From NCBI GenBank assembly GCA_965226585.1, contig OZ245366.1:96001-160000 (forward strand): a stretch of 64,000 nt of DNA, given 5' to 3'. The position numbers were made by a program, and so were the translations under genes. Under the pieces are notes generated by a model, which made no database searches, had not been told where the DNA came from, and saw nothing but the letters and a program-made list of their open reading frames with translations. Positions 37,050-47,119 of the stretch are shown in pieces. The stretch's first letter is position 1, and the number at the start of each line of letters is the position of its first letter. The stretch is from Thermodesulfobacteriota bacterium (GTDB lineage Bacteria > Desulfobacterota_D > UBA1144 > Nemesobacterales > Mycalebacteriaceae).

Positions 37050-38507
37050 GTGAACGTAAAATTCTGCCTAAACATTCTCGGCAGTTTCATCAAAATTCTG
37101 GGATTGCTGATGCTTGTTCCCGCCGTCTGCCCGGTCATATACGGCGAAGACGATCTGGTCGCGCTGACGGGGGCGGCGGTCATCACCTTTGTGCTGGGCT
37201 TTGGAGTAAAACGGCTCACGCGCGGAAAGGGCAAAACGGACGAGATAGAAAGGAAAGACGGCTTTCTGATAGCCGCGCTTTTCTGGATTGCGGCAAGCAT
37301 TCTCGGAAGTCTTCCTTATATCCTGTACGGAGTTTTCCCCAATCCGGTTGACGCTCTTTTTGAATCCACGGCGGGATTTACCACAACCGGGGCAAGCGTT
37401 ATCGCTGATGTTGAGGCACTTCCGCGCGGGATACTGCTTTGGAGAAACTTGAGCCAGTGGCTCGGAGGAATGGGAATTGTGGTTCTTGCCATAGCCGTTC
37501 TTCCGCGCCTTTCCATAGGCGGCGGGCGGCTTATGGCGCTTGAAGCGCCGGGACCCTCAACCGAGCGTCTTACACCGAGAATAGCGGAGACGGCAAAAAA
37601 CATCTGGCTTGTGTATGTCGCGCTTTCGGTGGCGCTTGCCGTTATTCTGGGGCTTTGCGGAATGCCGGTTTTTGACGCGATTGCCCACTCGTTCAGCACA
37701 ATGTCAACGGGCGGTTTCTCAACCCATAACTCAAGCATAGGACACTACAACAGCGCCGCAATTGAAGGAGTTATCACGTTTTTCATGTTTCTTGCCGGCA
37801 TAAACTTCGTTGTTCACTACTCGCTTATGAAGGGAAAGGTGCGCGACGCGCTGAGGGGCGCGGAGCTGAGGTTCTACTTCTTTTTTATCGCGGCGGCAAC
37901 GCTTGCGGTTTCCTTCAACCTTGCGGGCTCAGACATGTTTGAAAGTTTCGGACAGGCGTTCAGATACGCGGTTTTTCAAGTGGTTTCCATCGGAACAACA
38001 ACCGGATACAACTCGGCGGATTTCGGCGCGTGGCCCGCCCTTTCAACACTCGTGCTGATTGTGCTTATGGTCGCGGGCGGCTGTTCGGGCTCCACATCGG
38101 GGGCGGTGAAGCAGTCAAGAATTCTTGTGATGACGGGCAGATGCTATCAGGAACTCAGAAAGCTGGTCTACCCGAACATCGTCTCGCCCGTGCGGCTTGA
38201 CGGCAAAAAGGTTGACGATTCGGTCGTGTCAAACATCACGGGGTTTATCATGCTCTACGTTGTCGCCATAGTTGCGGGAACCTGCCTTGTAACGGCGCTT
38301 GAAGGCGCGTCTCTTATGACGGCGTTTTCCTCAACTCTCGCTTCCATCGGAAACATAGGTCCCGGCTTCGGCTCCGTGGGACCCGCTGAAAACTACGCGG
38401 ATTTGCGGGATTCAACCAAGGGGGTTCTGGCTCTGCTGATGATAACCGGAAGGCTTGAACTCTATACGATACTGGTTCTGTTCCTGCCGGACTTCTGGAG
38501 AAAATAG
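37050..38507 (+). CDS. trkH: Trk potassium uptake membrane subunit
   Basis: GFTTTG, QWLGGMG, STGGFS, TTTGY, GSTSG, NIGPG, GRLE. Confidence 0.95.
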   Translation: MNVKFCLNILGSFIKILGLLMLVPAVCPVIYGEDDLVALTGAAVITFVLGFGVKRLTRGKGKTDEIERKDGFLIAALFWIAASILGSLPYILYGVFPNPVDALFESTAGFTTTGASVIADVEALPRGILLWRNLSQWLGGMGIVVLAIAVLPRLSIGGGRLMALEAPGPSTERLTPRIAETAKNIWLVYVALSVALAVILGLCGMPVFDAIAHSFSTMSTGGFSTHNSSIGHYNSAAIEGVITFFMFLAGINFVVHYSLMKGKVRDALRGAELRFYFFFIAAATLAVSFNLAGSDMFESFGQAFRYAVFQVVSIGTTTGYNSADFGAWPALSTLVLIVLMVAGGCSGSTSGAVKQSRILVMTGRCYQELRKLVYPNIVSPVRLDGKKVDDSVVSNITGFIMLYVVAIVAGTCLVTALEGASLMTAFSSTLASIGNIGPGFGSVGPAENYADLRDSTKGVLALLMITGRLELYTILVLFLPDFWRK

Positions 38508-38509
38508 GA

Positions 38510-39448
38510 ATGAGATACTTTCCGGCATTTCCCGGCGGCGGGGGGTTGAAAACCGTTTGCGCGCTCGGCAACTTCGACGGAGTTCACCTCGGTCACAAAA
38601 AGATTATCGCCGCCCTGAAAGAGAAAGCCGCGCTTTATGGCGTGGAGTCGTGCGCCATAACTTTTGACCCTCATCCGCAGAAAATGCTGAGGAACAAAAA
38701 CATACATCTGCTCATGCCGTTTGAGGAAAGATTGCGGCGGCTTGAAAAAAGCGGCGTTGACATAACCGTGCGGCTTGAGTTCTCAAAAGAGCTGTCTCTT
38801 CTGTCGCCCGAGCGGTTTATACGGGAAATTATGGTCGGCAAAGCCGGAGTGGCGGCAATGGTGGTGGGTACCCGGTTCGGCTTCGGCAACAAAAGAGAGG
38901 GAAACGTTGAGATGCTTGAGGAGTTGGGGGAAAAATTCGGTTTTGAGACCGTTGTTCTTGAGCCCGCCATGGCGGGAGACACGCGGGTAAGCAGCACGAG
39001 GATTCGGGGGCTTGTTCTTGAGGGAAAAACGGATGAGGCGTCTCGTCTGCTTGGATACGGATACTATGTGAAAGGGGTTGTGACGGAAGGTGAAAAACGC
39101 GGACGGGAGATAGGTTTTCCGACCGTGAATTTGGAAACGGAATGGGAGATACTTCCCAAACCCGGAGTGTATGCGACCAGAACAAAGGTTGACGGAGACG
39201 TGATGAGAGAGAGCATAACAAACATAGGAAACAGGCCGACTTTCGGCGGCGGCGGCACGGTGATGGAAAGCCACCTGCTTGACACAAACGGCGACTTTTA
39301 CGGCAGGGGGGCGACCGTTGAGTTTGTGCGCAGGGTGAGAGACGAGAGGAAATTCGGCTCAGGCTCGGAGCTGGCTTCGCAGATAGAAAAAGACATAAAG
39401 CGGGTGCGCGAGTTTCTTAAAACAGACGGCGGGAGAAAAAGCGGTTGA
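38510..39448 (+). CDS. ribF: Bifunctional riboflavin kinase/FAD synthetase
   Basis: GNFDGVHLGH, TFDPHP, VSSTRIR, GREIGFPTVN, GNRPTF. Confidence 0.96.
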   Translation: MRYFPAFPGGGGLKTVCALGNFDGVHLGHKKIIAALKEKAALYGVESCAITFDPHPQKMLRNKNIHLLMPFEERLRRLEKSGVDITVRLEFSKELSLLSPERFIREIMVGKAGVAAMVVGTRFGFGNKREGNVEMLEELGEKFGFETVVLEPAMAGDTRVSSTRIRGLVLEGKTDEASRLLGYGYYVKGVVTEGEKRGREIGFPTVNLETEWEILPKPGVYATRTKVDGDVMRESITNIGNRPTFGGGGTVMESHLLDTNGDFYGRGATVEFVRRVRDERKFGSGSELASQIEKDIKRVREFLKTDGGRKSG

Positions 39449-40290
39449 GCGGCGGCGATGAGATTTTCGGCATATTTGGACATCCGGTCAGTCAGAGCCG
39501 GAGCCCCGCGATGCACAACGCGGCGTTTGCCGCGCTCGGAATGAACTGCTTCTACGCGGCTTTTGACATCAAACCCGAAGATGTGGCGGCGGCTGTGGGG
39601 GCGATAAAAACGCTGTCTATAAGGGGCGTGAACGTAACGGTTCCACACAAAACTGCGGTGATGAGAGAGATGGATTTTCTTTCGCCGGAGGCGGAGCTTG
39701 CGGGGGCGGTCAACACGGTGAAGAACAACGGCGGGCGGCTTGAGGGATACAACACGGATATTGAAGGCGCGCTTACTGCTCTTGAGGTTTCAATGGGCTT
39801 CCGCCCCGGCGGAAAAACCGCGCTTGTTATCGGCGCGGGGGGCGCGGCAAGGGCTGTTGTTGCGGGGCTTTGCATGAAAAACGCGGCGGGCGTGCTTATC
39901 TCCAACCGGTCTGCCGGGAACGCGGAAAAACTGGGCGGCGAGTTTGCCGGAATGTTTCCCGCCGTGCGGATTGAAACTTCAGGTCTTGAGGATACGAAAA
40001 CCGGCGGCTTCACCGCGGATGCGGATATCATAATAAACTGCTCATCCGCCGGAATGGAGGGAAACAGCCCGCTTTCCCTGCCGCTTGAAAAGTTCAAAGG
40101 AAAACACGGAGTTTATGACCTTGTGTACAAACCGTCCGTAACGCCGCTTGTGCGCCGCGCGCGGGAAATGGGAATTAAAGCGGAGTCGGGAATTGACATG
40201 CTGTTGTATCAGGGGGCAAAATCGTTTGAGATATGGACGGGAAAAGACGCGCCCACAGACGTTATGAGAAAGGCGCTGGAAGGAGAATAA
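39445..40290 (+). CDS. aroE: Shikimate dehydrogenase
   Basis: SRSPAMHN, NVTVPHK, GAVNT, NTD, GAGGAARA, MLLYQG. Confidence 0.96.
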   Translation: MSGGDEIFGIFGHPVSQSRSPAMHNAAFAALGMNCFYAAFDIKPEDVAAAVGAIKTLSIRGVNVTVPHKTAVMREMDFLSPEAELAGAVNTVKNNGGRLEGYNTDIEGALTALEVSMGFRPGGKTALVIGAGGAARAVVAGLCMKNAAGVLISNRSAGNAEKLGGEFAGMFPAVRIETSGLEDTKTGGFTADADIIINCSSAGMEGNSPLSLPLEKFKGKHGVYDLVYKPSVTPLVRRAREMGIKAESGIDMLLYQGAKSFEIWTGKDAPTDVMRKALEGE

Positions 40291-40292
40291 AA

Positions 40293-41051
40293 ATGGCAAA
40301 GTGCGCGCTGATGGTTTACGAACCGATAGATTCCATTCCGGGCGGAGACGGATACTGGAGGGAATACATCGGGTTTTACGAAAAATTCTGGGACAGGCCC
40401 GCCTCGCCGAAATCCTCATGGTGGGGAGAGGAATATGACAGGTTCAGAGAGTCTCTTTCTCAAAAACTCGGCATTGAGACGGACAACATACGGGACTGTT
40501 TTTTCATAAAAAGGGATGAAGGGTATTTTGTGTGCCGCATAGACGACCCTTCAACTTTCAACATAGTGTCGTGCGAAAATTTCGTTCCGTTTGAGTGGCT
40601 CGCGGCTTTTGATGAAACAAAACGCGATTTTTTCTATACTCACGCGGGTTTCGGAGCGATACATCACGACTCCATCTACTATGTTGAAAATATAGGGGCT
40701 GCGATGAAGAGGATTAAAAACACCTCGGACACTTTCAAAAAAACAGGGGGAAATGTTTCCCTGCACCCTGAATTTGTGAAACTGAAAGAGCTTTCCTCGC
40801 GTCTTGAGGAAATGAACAGCTGGTTGCGCGGTTTTGATGAGAGAGGGGAAATTGCTTTAAACTACGGGGAAATATGCTCTTTCATAACGCAGGATTCAAT
40901 GAAAAACGAGAACTCTGTTGGCGACATAAAAAGAATTGTCGCGGCTGTGGAGAGCGGTGATTTTGAGAAGGCGGAGACGGACTTGAAATTCCTCAACGCG
41001 AAATGGGCGGAAATAACCGGCGCGATAGAGCGGAGCGGGGGAGGCGGCTGA
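40293..41051 (+). CDS. Conserved-looking hypothetical protein
   Basis: 252-aa ORF tightly packed between aroE and purU with SD AGGAG; no recognised motif. Confidence 0.7.
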   Translation: MAKCALMVYEPIDSIPGGDGYWREYIGFYEKFWDRPASPKSSWWGEEYDRFRESLSQKLGIETDNIRDCFFIKRDEGYFVCRIDDPSTFNIVSCENFVPFEWLAAFDETKRDFFYTHAGFGAIHHDSIYYVENIGAAMKRIKNTSDTFKKTGGNVSLHPEFVKLKELSSRLEEMNSWLRGFDERGEIALNYGEICSFITQDSMKNENSVGDIKRIVAAVESGDFEKAETDLKFLNAKWAEITGAIERSGGGG

Positions 41052-41052
41052 A

Positions 41053-41943
41053 TTGGCAAACCAGAGAACATTGATAATGACCGGCTCGTGCCGGACAACG
41101 AGGGGAATTGTGGCCGGGGTTATGTCTTTTCTTCTTGAAAACAACTGCACCCTGCTTTCTCTTCAGCAATACAATGACGCGGAGAAAAAAAGGTTTTTCA
41201 TAAGAAGCGTTTTTCATCCGCAAAAGCAGTTTGCGAAAACAGCTTTCCGCCCCGGGCAGTTAAGTGACATTGAGAAACTGCGCGAAAACTTCAAGCCGGT
41301 TGCCGAGCAGTTCAAAATGGAATGGTCGATAAATGACCCGCAGATACCTTTCAAGGTTTTAATTATGGTTACGAAGGCGAACCACTGTCTTCGTGAGATT
41401 CTCTACCGCCGCCGCACGGGCGAACTGCCGATTGAAATAACCGCCATTGTTTCAAACCATGATGATTTGCGCACAGAGGCGGAGGATGCGGGAGTCCGCT
41501 ACGTACATTTCCCCGTCAATGCGTCCACAAAAGCCGTACAGGAAAAGCGGTTGCTGGAACTCGTAGATGAAACGGGTTCCGAACTTATAGTTCTTGCGCG
41601 GTATATGCAGATACTTTCTCCCGGTCTCGCGAAAAAACTCTCAGGGCGGTGCATAAATATCCATCACTCTTTTCTTCCAGCTTTCAAAGGGGCAAAGCCG
41701 TATCATCAGGCGCACAGCCGGGGGGTAAAACTTATCGGCGCAACCGCGCACTACGTTACGGAAGACCTTGATGACGGGCCCATAATTGAACAGCAAATAA
41801 CCCGTGTCGACCACAATCACACGGCAGACGACCTCGCGCGCGTGGGAATGGAGAATGAACGCGCGGCGCTCATAAAAGCCATTAAGTATCACATAGAGCA
41901 CAGAGCGTTTCTCAGCGAAAACAGAACAATTATTTTTTACTAA
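41053..41943 (+). CDS. purU: Formyltetrahydrofolate deformylase
   Basis: ACT N-terminus; VLARYMQIL, INIHHSFLPAFKGAKPYHQA, GATAHYVT..LDDGPII. Confidence 0.95.
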   Translation: MANQRTLIMTGSCRTTRGIVAGVMSFLLENNCTLLSLQQYNDAEKKRFFIRSVFHPQKQFAKTAFRPGQLSDIEKLRENFKPVAEQFKMEWSINDPQIPFKVLIMVTKANHCLREILYRRRTGELPIEITAIVSNHDDLRTEAEDAGVRYVHFPVNASTKAVQEKRLLELVDETGSELIVLARYMQILSPGLAKKLSGRCINIHHSFLPAFKGAKPYHQAHSRGVKLIGATAHYVTEDLDDGPIIEQQITRVDHNHTADDLARVGMENERAALIKAIKYHIEHRAFLSENRTIIFY

Positions 41944-41965
41944 CCCTGAAAACAAAGCCGGGAAT

Positions 41966-42523
41966 TTATTTGCGTTCGCTCAAAAGCCCTTCCACAACCT
42001 CTTCAAACTGTCTTGCTTTTTCGGTGCCTTTGTGCGTTTCGCCTATCATTTTATAGACGACATTTCCCTCCCTGTCGGTCAGGTAGAAAGCGGGCCAGTA
42101 GCGGTTTTTCATTCTTTTCCAGTAACTGAAACTGTTATCCATCATAACGGGATGAGTGAGTTTGAACTCCTTTACTTTCGCTTCCAGATTTTTTCTGCTT
42201 TTCTCATGACTGAACTCAGGCGTGTGTATGCCGACCGCCTGAAAACCGCGCCCGGAAAAACGCTTCTCAACTTCGCGAAGCCACGGAAAAGAGCGGTAGG
42301 AATTCCAACAGTCAAAAGCCCAGAAATATACAAGCGTTACCTTGCCCGCAAGTTCTGCCCTGCCCAGCGGCGGTGAATTAAGCCAGTCTTTTTCACTTGA
42401 CGAGGTGAACTCCGGAAGAGGCCTGAAAATAAAACCGCCCTGCGAATACGCTCCGTGCGCGGAAACAAAAAACAGTATCGCCGCAATCAGAAAACCGGCG
42501 GCGCGGTTTTTCACAAACTTCAC
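41966..42523 (-). CDS. Exported thioredoxin-fold redoxin (DipZ/TlpA-like) with CxxS
   Basis: Signal peptide; WLNSPPL, FWAFDCWNS, GIHTPEF, NRYWPAFYL. Confidence 0.82.
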   Translation of the reverse strand: MKFVKNRAAGFLIAAILFFVSAHGAYSQGGFIFRPLPEFTSSSEKDWLNSPPLGRAELAGKVTLVYFWAFDCWNSYRSFPWLREVEKRFSGRGFQAVGIHTPEFSHEKSRKNLEAKVKEFKLTHPVMMDNSFSYWKRMKNRYWPAFYLTDREGNVVYKMIGETHKGTEKARQFEEVVEGLLSERK

Positions 42524-42927
42524 GGAAGAAACCTGTCTGAAAATTCCTCAGGCGGCAACCGGCAGGAATCAAATCTTCCGAACCACACATAACGTTTCGC
42601 CGCTATGCGGGAATAAACATAATCCCTTATAAAAGCGGGAATAACCCTCAAAACCACAGCGAACCGCCACGCGCCTCCCGTTTCCTCAAGTATCTTTATC
42701 ACCGCGTCCGAACGGCGGCGGACTGTTCCCCCGGTGTCCACATACGCTATGCTCCAGTCGCGAAAATTACGGGCAATAAAATGAGCGGCGGCGGTGTCGC
42801 CCTGAAGGGGCGCGAAAAAAAAGGATTTCTTCAAGTCTTTTTTCAGAACAAAATCAACAAACCCGTTGCACAAACCGCAAACGCCGTCAAAGAAAATTAC
42901 GGGCTTTTCAAAGCCGGGACGGTTCAA
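42520..42927 (-). CDS. DCC1-like thiol-disulfide oxidoreductase (DUF393)
   Basis: [28 protein letters not shown]. Confidence 0.88.
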   Translation of the reverse strand: MNRPGFEKPVIFFDGVCGLCNGFVDFVLKKDLKKSFFFAPLQGDTAAAHFIARNFRDWSIAYVDTGGTVRRRSDAVIKILEETGGAWRFAVVLRVIPAFIRDYVYSRIAAKRYVWFGRFDSCRLPPEEFSDRFLP

Positions 42928-44189
42928 GAAAACACCGCGAGCAAAATTCCGGCGGCAACCGCAGAGCCGAGAACACCCGCCACGTTGGGACCCATCGCGT
43001 GCATCAGAAGAACGTTTTGAGGGTCTTCCTTCGCGCCCACATCCTGGGAAACTCGCGCCGCCATGGGAACGGCAGACACTCCCGCGGAACCTATTAGCGG
43101 GTTGATCTTATTTGCGGAAAAACGGTTGAGCAGTTTCGCCTTGAGAACACCTGATGCCGTCCCGATGCAGAAAGCGACAACGCCGAGAAGCAAAATCCCT
43201 ATCGTCTCAATGGTCAGAAACTCTTTGGACGAAAGTTTGGAGCCGACTCCCAGACCGAGAAATATGGTTGTGATGTTTATGAGAGAATTCTGCGCCGTGT
43301 CTGAAAGACGGTCAACAACTCCGCATTCTTTCATCAGGTTGCCGAACATAAAAAACCCTATAAGCGGCGCGGCGGAGGGAAGGAAAAGTGCGCACAAGGC
43401 GACTGCGATAAGCGGGAAAATAACCTTCTCCGTCTTGCTCACGGGTCTGAGCTGTTTCATCCTTATCATCCTCTCCTCTTTTGTCGTAAGAGCCTTCATT
43501 ATCGGGGGCTGAATAAGGGGAACAAGAGCCATATACGAATACGCCGCGACCGAAATCGCGCCGAGCAGACGCGGAGAAAGTTGAGACGAAACATATATCG
43601 CGGTGGGCCCGTCCGCGCCCCCGATTATCCCGATTGAAGCGGCGTCTTTGAAGGAAAAATCTATGCCGTCAACAACTTGCGTGAGAGCAAGCGCGCCTAT
43701 CAGCGTGGCAAAGATGCCGAACTGAGCGGCGACTCCGAGAAGTATCGTTCTCGGATTGGCAAGCATGGGACCGAAATCCGTCAAAGCCCCGACACCCATG
43801 AAAATTATCAGCGGGAAAATCCCCGTTTTAATGCCGGCATCGTAAATGTAGTTGAGTATCCCGCCCGGCTCGTTTATGCCGGAAAGCGGTATGTTGGCAA
43901 GCACGCACCCGAAACCGATTGTAACAAGCAGAAGCGGCTCAAACTGTTTCGCGATTCCGAGGTAGAGAAGAAGAAAACCGACCGACACCATCATCAGCCG
44001 CCCGGGACCCTCCACCCACGAGTCGCCGGAAGTGAAAAAATGCTTCACGCCCGTCTGATTGGCAAGTTCTTTAAATATGTCAACAAGACCCGGAAGCGCG
44101 CCTTCTCCGCCGGCCGCGAAAGCGGGGGGAACGGCGTAAAGGGCGCAAACCGCAACCAGAGCCACAGCAAATATGGAGGTTTTTTTCAT
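42924..44189 (-). CDS. oadB: Na+-translocating decarboxylase beta subunit
   Basis: [46 protein letters not shown]. Confidence 0.93.
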   Translation of the reverse strand: MKKTSIFAVALVAVCALYAVPPAFAAGGEGALPGLVDIFKELANQTGVKHFFTSGDSWVEGPGRLMMVSVGFLLLYLGIAKQFEPLLLVTIGFGCVLANIPLSGINEPGGILNYIYDAGIKTGIFPLIIFMGVGALTDFGPMLANPRTILLGVAAQFGIFATLIGALALTQVVDGIDFSFKDAASIGIIGGADGPTAIYVSSQLSPRLLGAISVAAYSYMALVPLIQPPIMKALTTKEERMIRMKQLRPVSKTEKVIFPLIAVALCALFLPSAAPLIGFFMFGNLMKECGVVDRLSDTAQNSLINITTIFLGLGVGSKLSSKEFLTIETIGILLLGVVAFCIGTASGVLKAKLLNRFSANKINPLIGSAGVSAVPMAARVSQDVGAKEDPQNVLLMHAMGPNVAGVLGSAVAAGILLAVFS

Positions 44190-44206
44190 CTCACAAACAC
44201 AGACCG

Positions 44207-46042
44207 TCAGGCGGGAGAAACCGTCAGCAGAACCTGCCCGGATTCAACCACATCGCCCGCGCTCACTTCTATTGACGCCACAACTCCGGCGCATGGCGAA
44301 ACAACGGGCGTTTCCATTTTCATCGCTTCAAGCACCAGCAGGGGCTGGTTTTCCTCAACCCTGTCGCCAACTGAAACTGAAATTTTGTAGACATTGCCCG
44401 GAACGGCCGCCGTAAGAGCGGTCGCCTCTCCCGTGGCGGCGGGAGCCGTGCCTGAGGATGCCGCCGCCTGAGGCGGAGCGTCCATGCCTTCTGTGAGGCT
44501 CACGGCGTAGTCTTTGCCGTCAACGTTTACGGAGAAATCATCGCTTCCCTCTTTCGGGCTTATGCGGACGGCGTAGTTCCTGCCGTCAAGGGTGGCGGTG
44601 AAGGCGTCCGGGGTTTTTCCCTTTTCCCCTTCGGGCTTTTCGGCTGAGGATTTTCTCACGTTTATGGAAAAATCGCCTTTGAGGAAATCAAGCCCCTTGT
44701 TTCCGCCCGGCGTTTCAAGAGCGCCGACTATAAATATGTTTTCATCGGTAACCGGAAGCCCCTCTTTCTCAAGAATGCCTTTCGCGACCGGAATTCCGGG
44801 CTCAATTATCTCAAGCGGGTCGCCGTCAAAACGGGGTTTGCCCATCTGCTCTTCGGCGATTTTCACAACCTCAGGGTCGGGCGGAACGGGTGTGCGCCCG
44901 AAGTATCCGAGAACCATGTTGCCGTACCCCTCAGCGATTTTGTTCCACTTGCCCTGAGTTACGTTCGCAAACGCCTGCTGAAAGTAGAACTGCGAAACCG
45001 GCGTTACGGAAGTGCCGAAACCGCCCTTGGCAACGCACTCAGACATCTCCTCTATAACTTTGGGGTAGAGCTCAAGCGTGTTGGTGTCGCGCATCATCAT
45101 CGTGTTCGCCGTAAGCGCGCCGCCCGGCATCGGGGAAAGCAGAACCTCAGACGAAATTCCCAGTGCCTCTGGCGGGAAATAGTAGTCCGCCATGCATTCC
45201 TTGAAAACTGCGTTCGCCTCAAGGATTTTCTTCAAGTCAACGTCAAGCGTAAAATCCGTTCCTTTCAGCGCGCCGCACATTGAAACAATGTCGGGCTGGG
45301 AGGTTCCGCCCGAAACGGGAGCCCTTGCCACGCATATTCCGTCGCATCCCGCCTCTATAGCGGCGGTGTACTGGGCAACGCCCTGCGAGGCGGTTTCGTG
45401 TGTGTGAACCCACAGCACCGTGTCGTTTCCAACAACCTCTCTCGCGCCCTTTACCGTGTCGTAAACCTTGCGGGGATTTGAGGTTCCCGAAGCGTCTTTG
45501 AAGCAAATGGAGTCAAACGGAAGACCGGAATCAAGTATCTCGCGCACCTTGGATATGTAGAAAGCAGAATCGTGCGCGCCTTCGCATCCGGGCGGAAGCT
45601 CCATCATGGTTACGACAACCTGATGGTGAATGCCCGCGTTTTTTATGCACTGCGCCGAGTATTCAAGGTTTCTCACGTCGTTGAGGGCGTCGAAGTTTCT
45701 TATGTGCGTTATGCCGTGCTTTTTGAACATCTTCGCGTGAAGATCAATCATATCTTTGGGCTGGGCGGAAAGCGCGACCACATTTATTCCCCTTGCCAAT
45801 GTCTGGAGATTGGCTTCGGGCCCCGCAGCGGTTCTGAAACTGTCCATCATGTCAAAAGCGGACTCCCCGCAGTAGAGGAAAAGACTCTGAAACCTCGCCC
45901 CGCCTCCCGCTTCAAAATGGGTTATGCCCGAATGAGATGCGGCTTCAACCGCCGGAATGAAATCGGAGGTCAGCACACGCGCTCCGAAAAATGACTGAAA
46001 GCCGTCTCTGAAAGACGTATCCTGGAAAAGTATCTTCTTCAT
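44207..46042 (-). CDS. oadA: Oxaloacetate decarboxylase alpha / pyruvate carboxylase B-type subunit with biotinyl domain
   Basis: [29 protein letters not shown], biotin motif EAMKM. Confidence 0.88.
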   Translation of the reverse strand: MKKILFQDTSFRDGFQSFFGARVLTSDFIPAVEAASHSGITHFEAGGGARFQSLFLYCGESAFDMMDSFRTAAGPEANLQTLARGINVVALSAQPKDMIDLHAKMFKKHGITHIRNFDALNDVRNLEYSAQCIKNAGIHHQVVVTMMELPPGCEGAHDSAFYISKVREILDSGLPFDSICFKDASGTSNPRKVYDTVKGAREVVGNDTVLWVHTHETASQGVAQYTAAIEAGCDGICVARAPVSGGTSQPDIVSMCGALKGTDFTLDVDLKKILEANAVFKECMADYYFPPEALGISSEVLLSPMPGGALTANTMMMRDTNTLELYPKVIEEMSECVAKGGFGTSVTPVSQFYFQQAFANVTQGKWNKIAEGYGNMVLGYFGRTPVPPDPEVVKIAEEQMGKPRFDGDPLEIIEPGIPVAKGILEKEGLPVTDENIFIVGALETPGGNKGLDFLKGDFSINVRKSSAEKPEGEKGKTPDAFTATLDGRNYAVRISPKEGSDDFSVNVDGKDYAVSLTEGMDAPPQAAASSGTAPAATGEATALTAAVPGNVYKISVSVGDRVEENQPLLVLEAMKMETPVVSPCAGVVASIEVSAGDVVESGQVLLTVSPA

Positions 46043-46045
46043 GGC

Positions 46046-46267
46046 TTACCTTTTTGCCGCCTTATAAGCTGTAACTGCCGCGGAAACCACCGCCGCGACC
46101 GCTCCGGAAGGTGCGCCGCCGCCGGCTTTTCCACCGCCCGAAGGCGCCGGTTCACCGCGTTTGCCGAAGAAATAGGCGGAAACCTTTATCATCACAAAAA
46201 GCGCGGAGAGGAATATGTAAACCACAAACATCCCCGCCAGCATCAGTTTAAAACCTTCTAATATCAT
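46046..46267 (-). CDS. oadG: Decarboxylase gamma subunit
   Basis: GFKLMLAGMFVVYIFL TM, Pro/Gly linker, AAVVSAAV; start moved to ATG 46267. Confidence 0.85.
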   Translation of the reverse strand: MILEGFKLMLAGMFVVYIFLSALFVMIKVSAYFFGKRGEPAPSGGGKAGGGAPSGAVAAVVSAAVTAYKAAKR

Positions 46268-46376
46268 CGGCTCTGCGCCGCCCGGCAGTAAAAACGGTCT
46301 CACCATTTAACAACAAGCGCGGGGGCTTGTCAACTTGACCGCAACGCCGTATGTGGTAGTTTTACGCCCGCTTGTT

Positions 46377-46526
46377 ATGAAAAGAACATTTCAACCGCAC
46401 AGAAAGAAAGCTGTAAAAACCCACGGTTTCCGGGCGAGAATGAGCACGGTGGGCGGACGCCGCACTTTGAAGAGAAGAGCGCAGAAAGGCAGGCGCGTTT
46501 TGGCCCTCCAGTTCCGGTCGAAATGA
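46377..46526 (+). CDS. rpmH: 50S ribosomal protein L34
   Basis: [28 protein letters not shown]. Confidence 0.96.
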   Translation: MKRTFQPHRKKAVKTHGFRARMSTVGGRRTLKRRAQKGRRVLALQFRSK

Positions 46527-46885
46527 GCGAAGCCTGCGGCGGGAAACTCCGGAAAAGAGACAAACTGATGGAAAAAACCGAATATACGCGTGTCCTTGGA
46601 AAAGGGACGAGGCTTTCATCTCAAAACTTTTCCGCTTCCGTTCTCGGAAACGGCCTCGGCTTTCCCCGCGTAGGGCATGTTGTGGCGAAAAAAACTGTCT
46701 CGTCCGCAGTTTTAAGAAACAAAATCAAACGCCGATTCAGAGAAATTTTCAGGCTGAACAAACAGAAATTCGGTTCCAACGACGTTGTATTCATAGCGAA
46801 AACCGACTCGTCAAACCTCCCCTTTCAGACTGTCAGCAGGGAAATCCTCGGCATGGTGAGCGGGGAGGAGAACCCTCGTGGCTGA
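46523..46885 (+). CDS. rnpA: Ribonuclease P protein component
   Basis: [16 protein letters not shown] (RNR-like motif); position after rpmH. Confidence 0.9.
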   Translation: MSEACGGKLRKRDKLMEKTEYTRVLGKGTRLSSQNFSASVLGNGLGFPRVGHVVAKKTVSSAVLRNKIKRRFREIFRLNKQKFGSNDVVFIAKTDSSNLPFQTVSREILGMVSGEENPRG

Positions 46886-47114
46886 GAGCGCGGCTTTACG
46901 CCTTGCAGTTTTCCTTATAAAGGCATACGGGAAAATCGTCTCGCCGCTTCTGGGACGCCGCTGCCGCTTTTACCCCAGTTGCTCGCAGTACGCTGTGGAA
47001 GCTCTGGAAATTCACGGAATTGGAGCGGGAGCGAAAATGGCGGCGGGAAGAATAGCGAGATGCCATCCGCTCAACCCCGGCGGCTATGACCCCGTAAGAC
47101 GCGCGGCGCGGTAA
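46878..47114 (+). CDS. yidD: Membrane protein insertion efficiency factor
   Basis: SPLLG..CRFYPSCSQYA, RCHPLNPGGYDPV. Confidence 0.93.
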   Translation: MAESAALRLAVFLIKAYGKIVSPLLGRRCRFYPSCSQYAVEALEIHGIGAGAKMAAGRIARCHPLNPGGYDPVRRAAR

Positions 47115-47119
47115 AAAAT

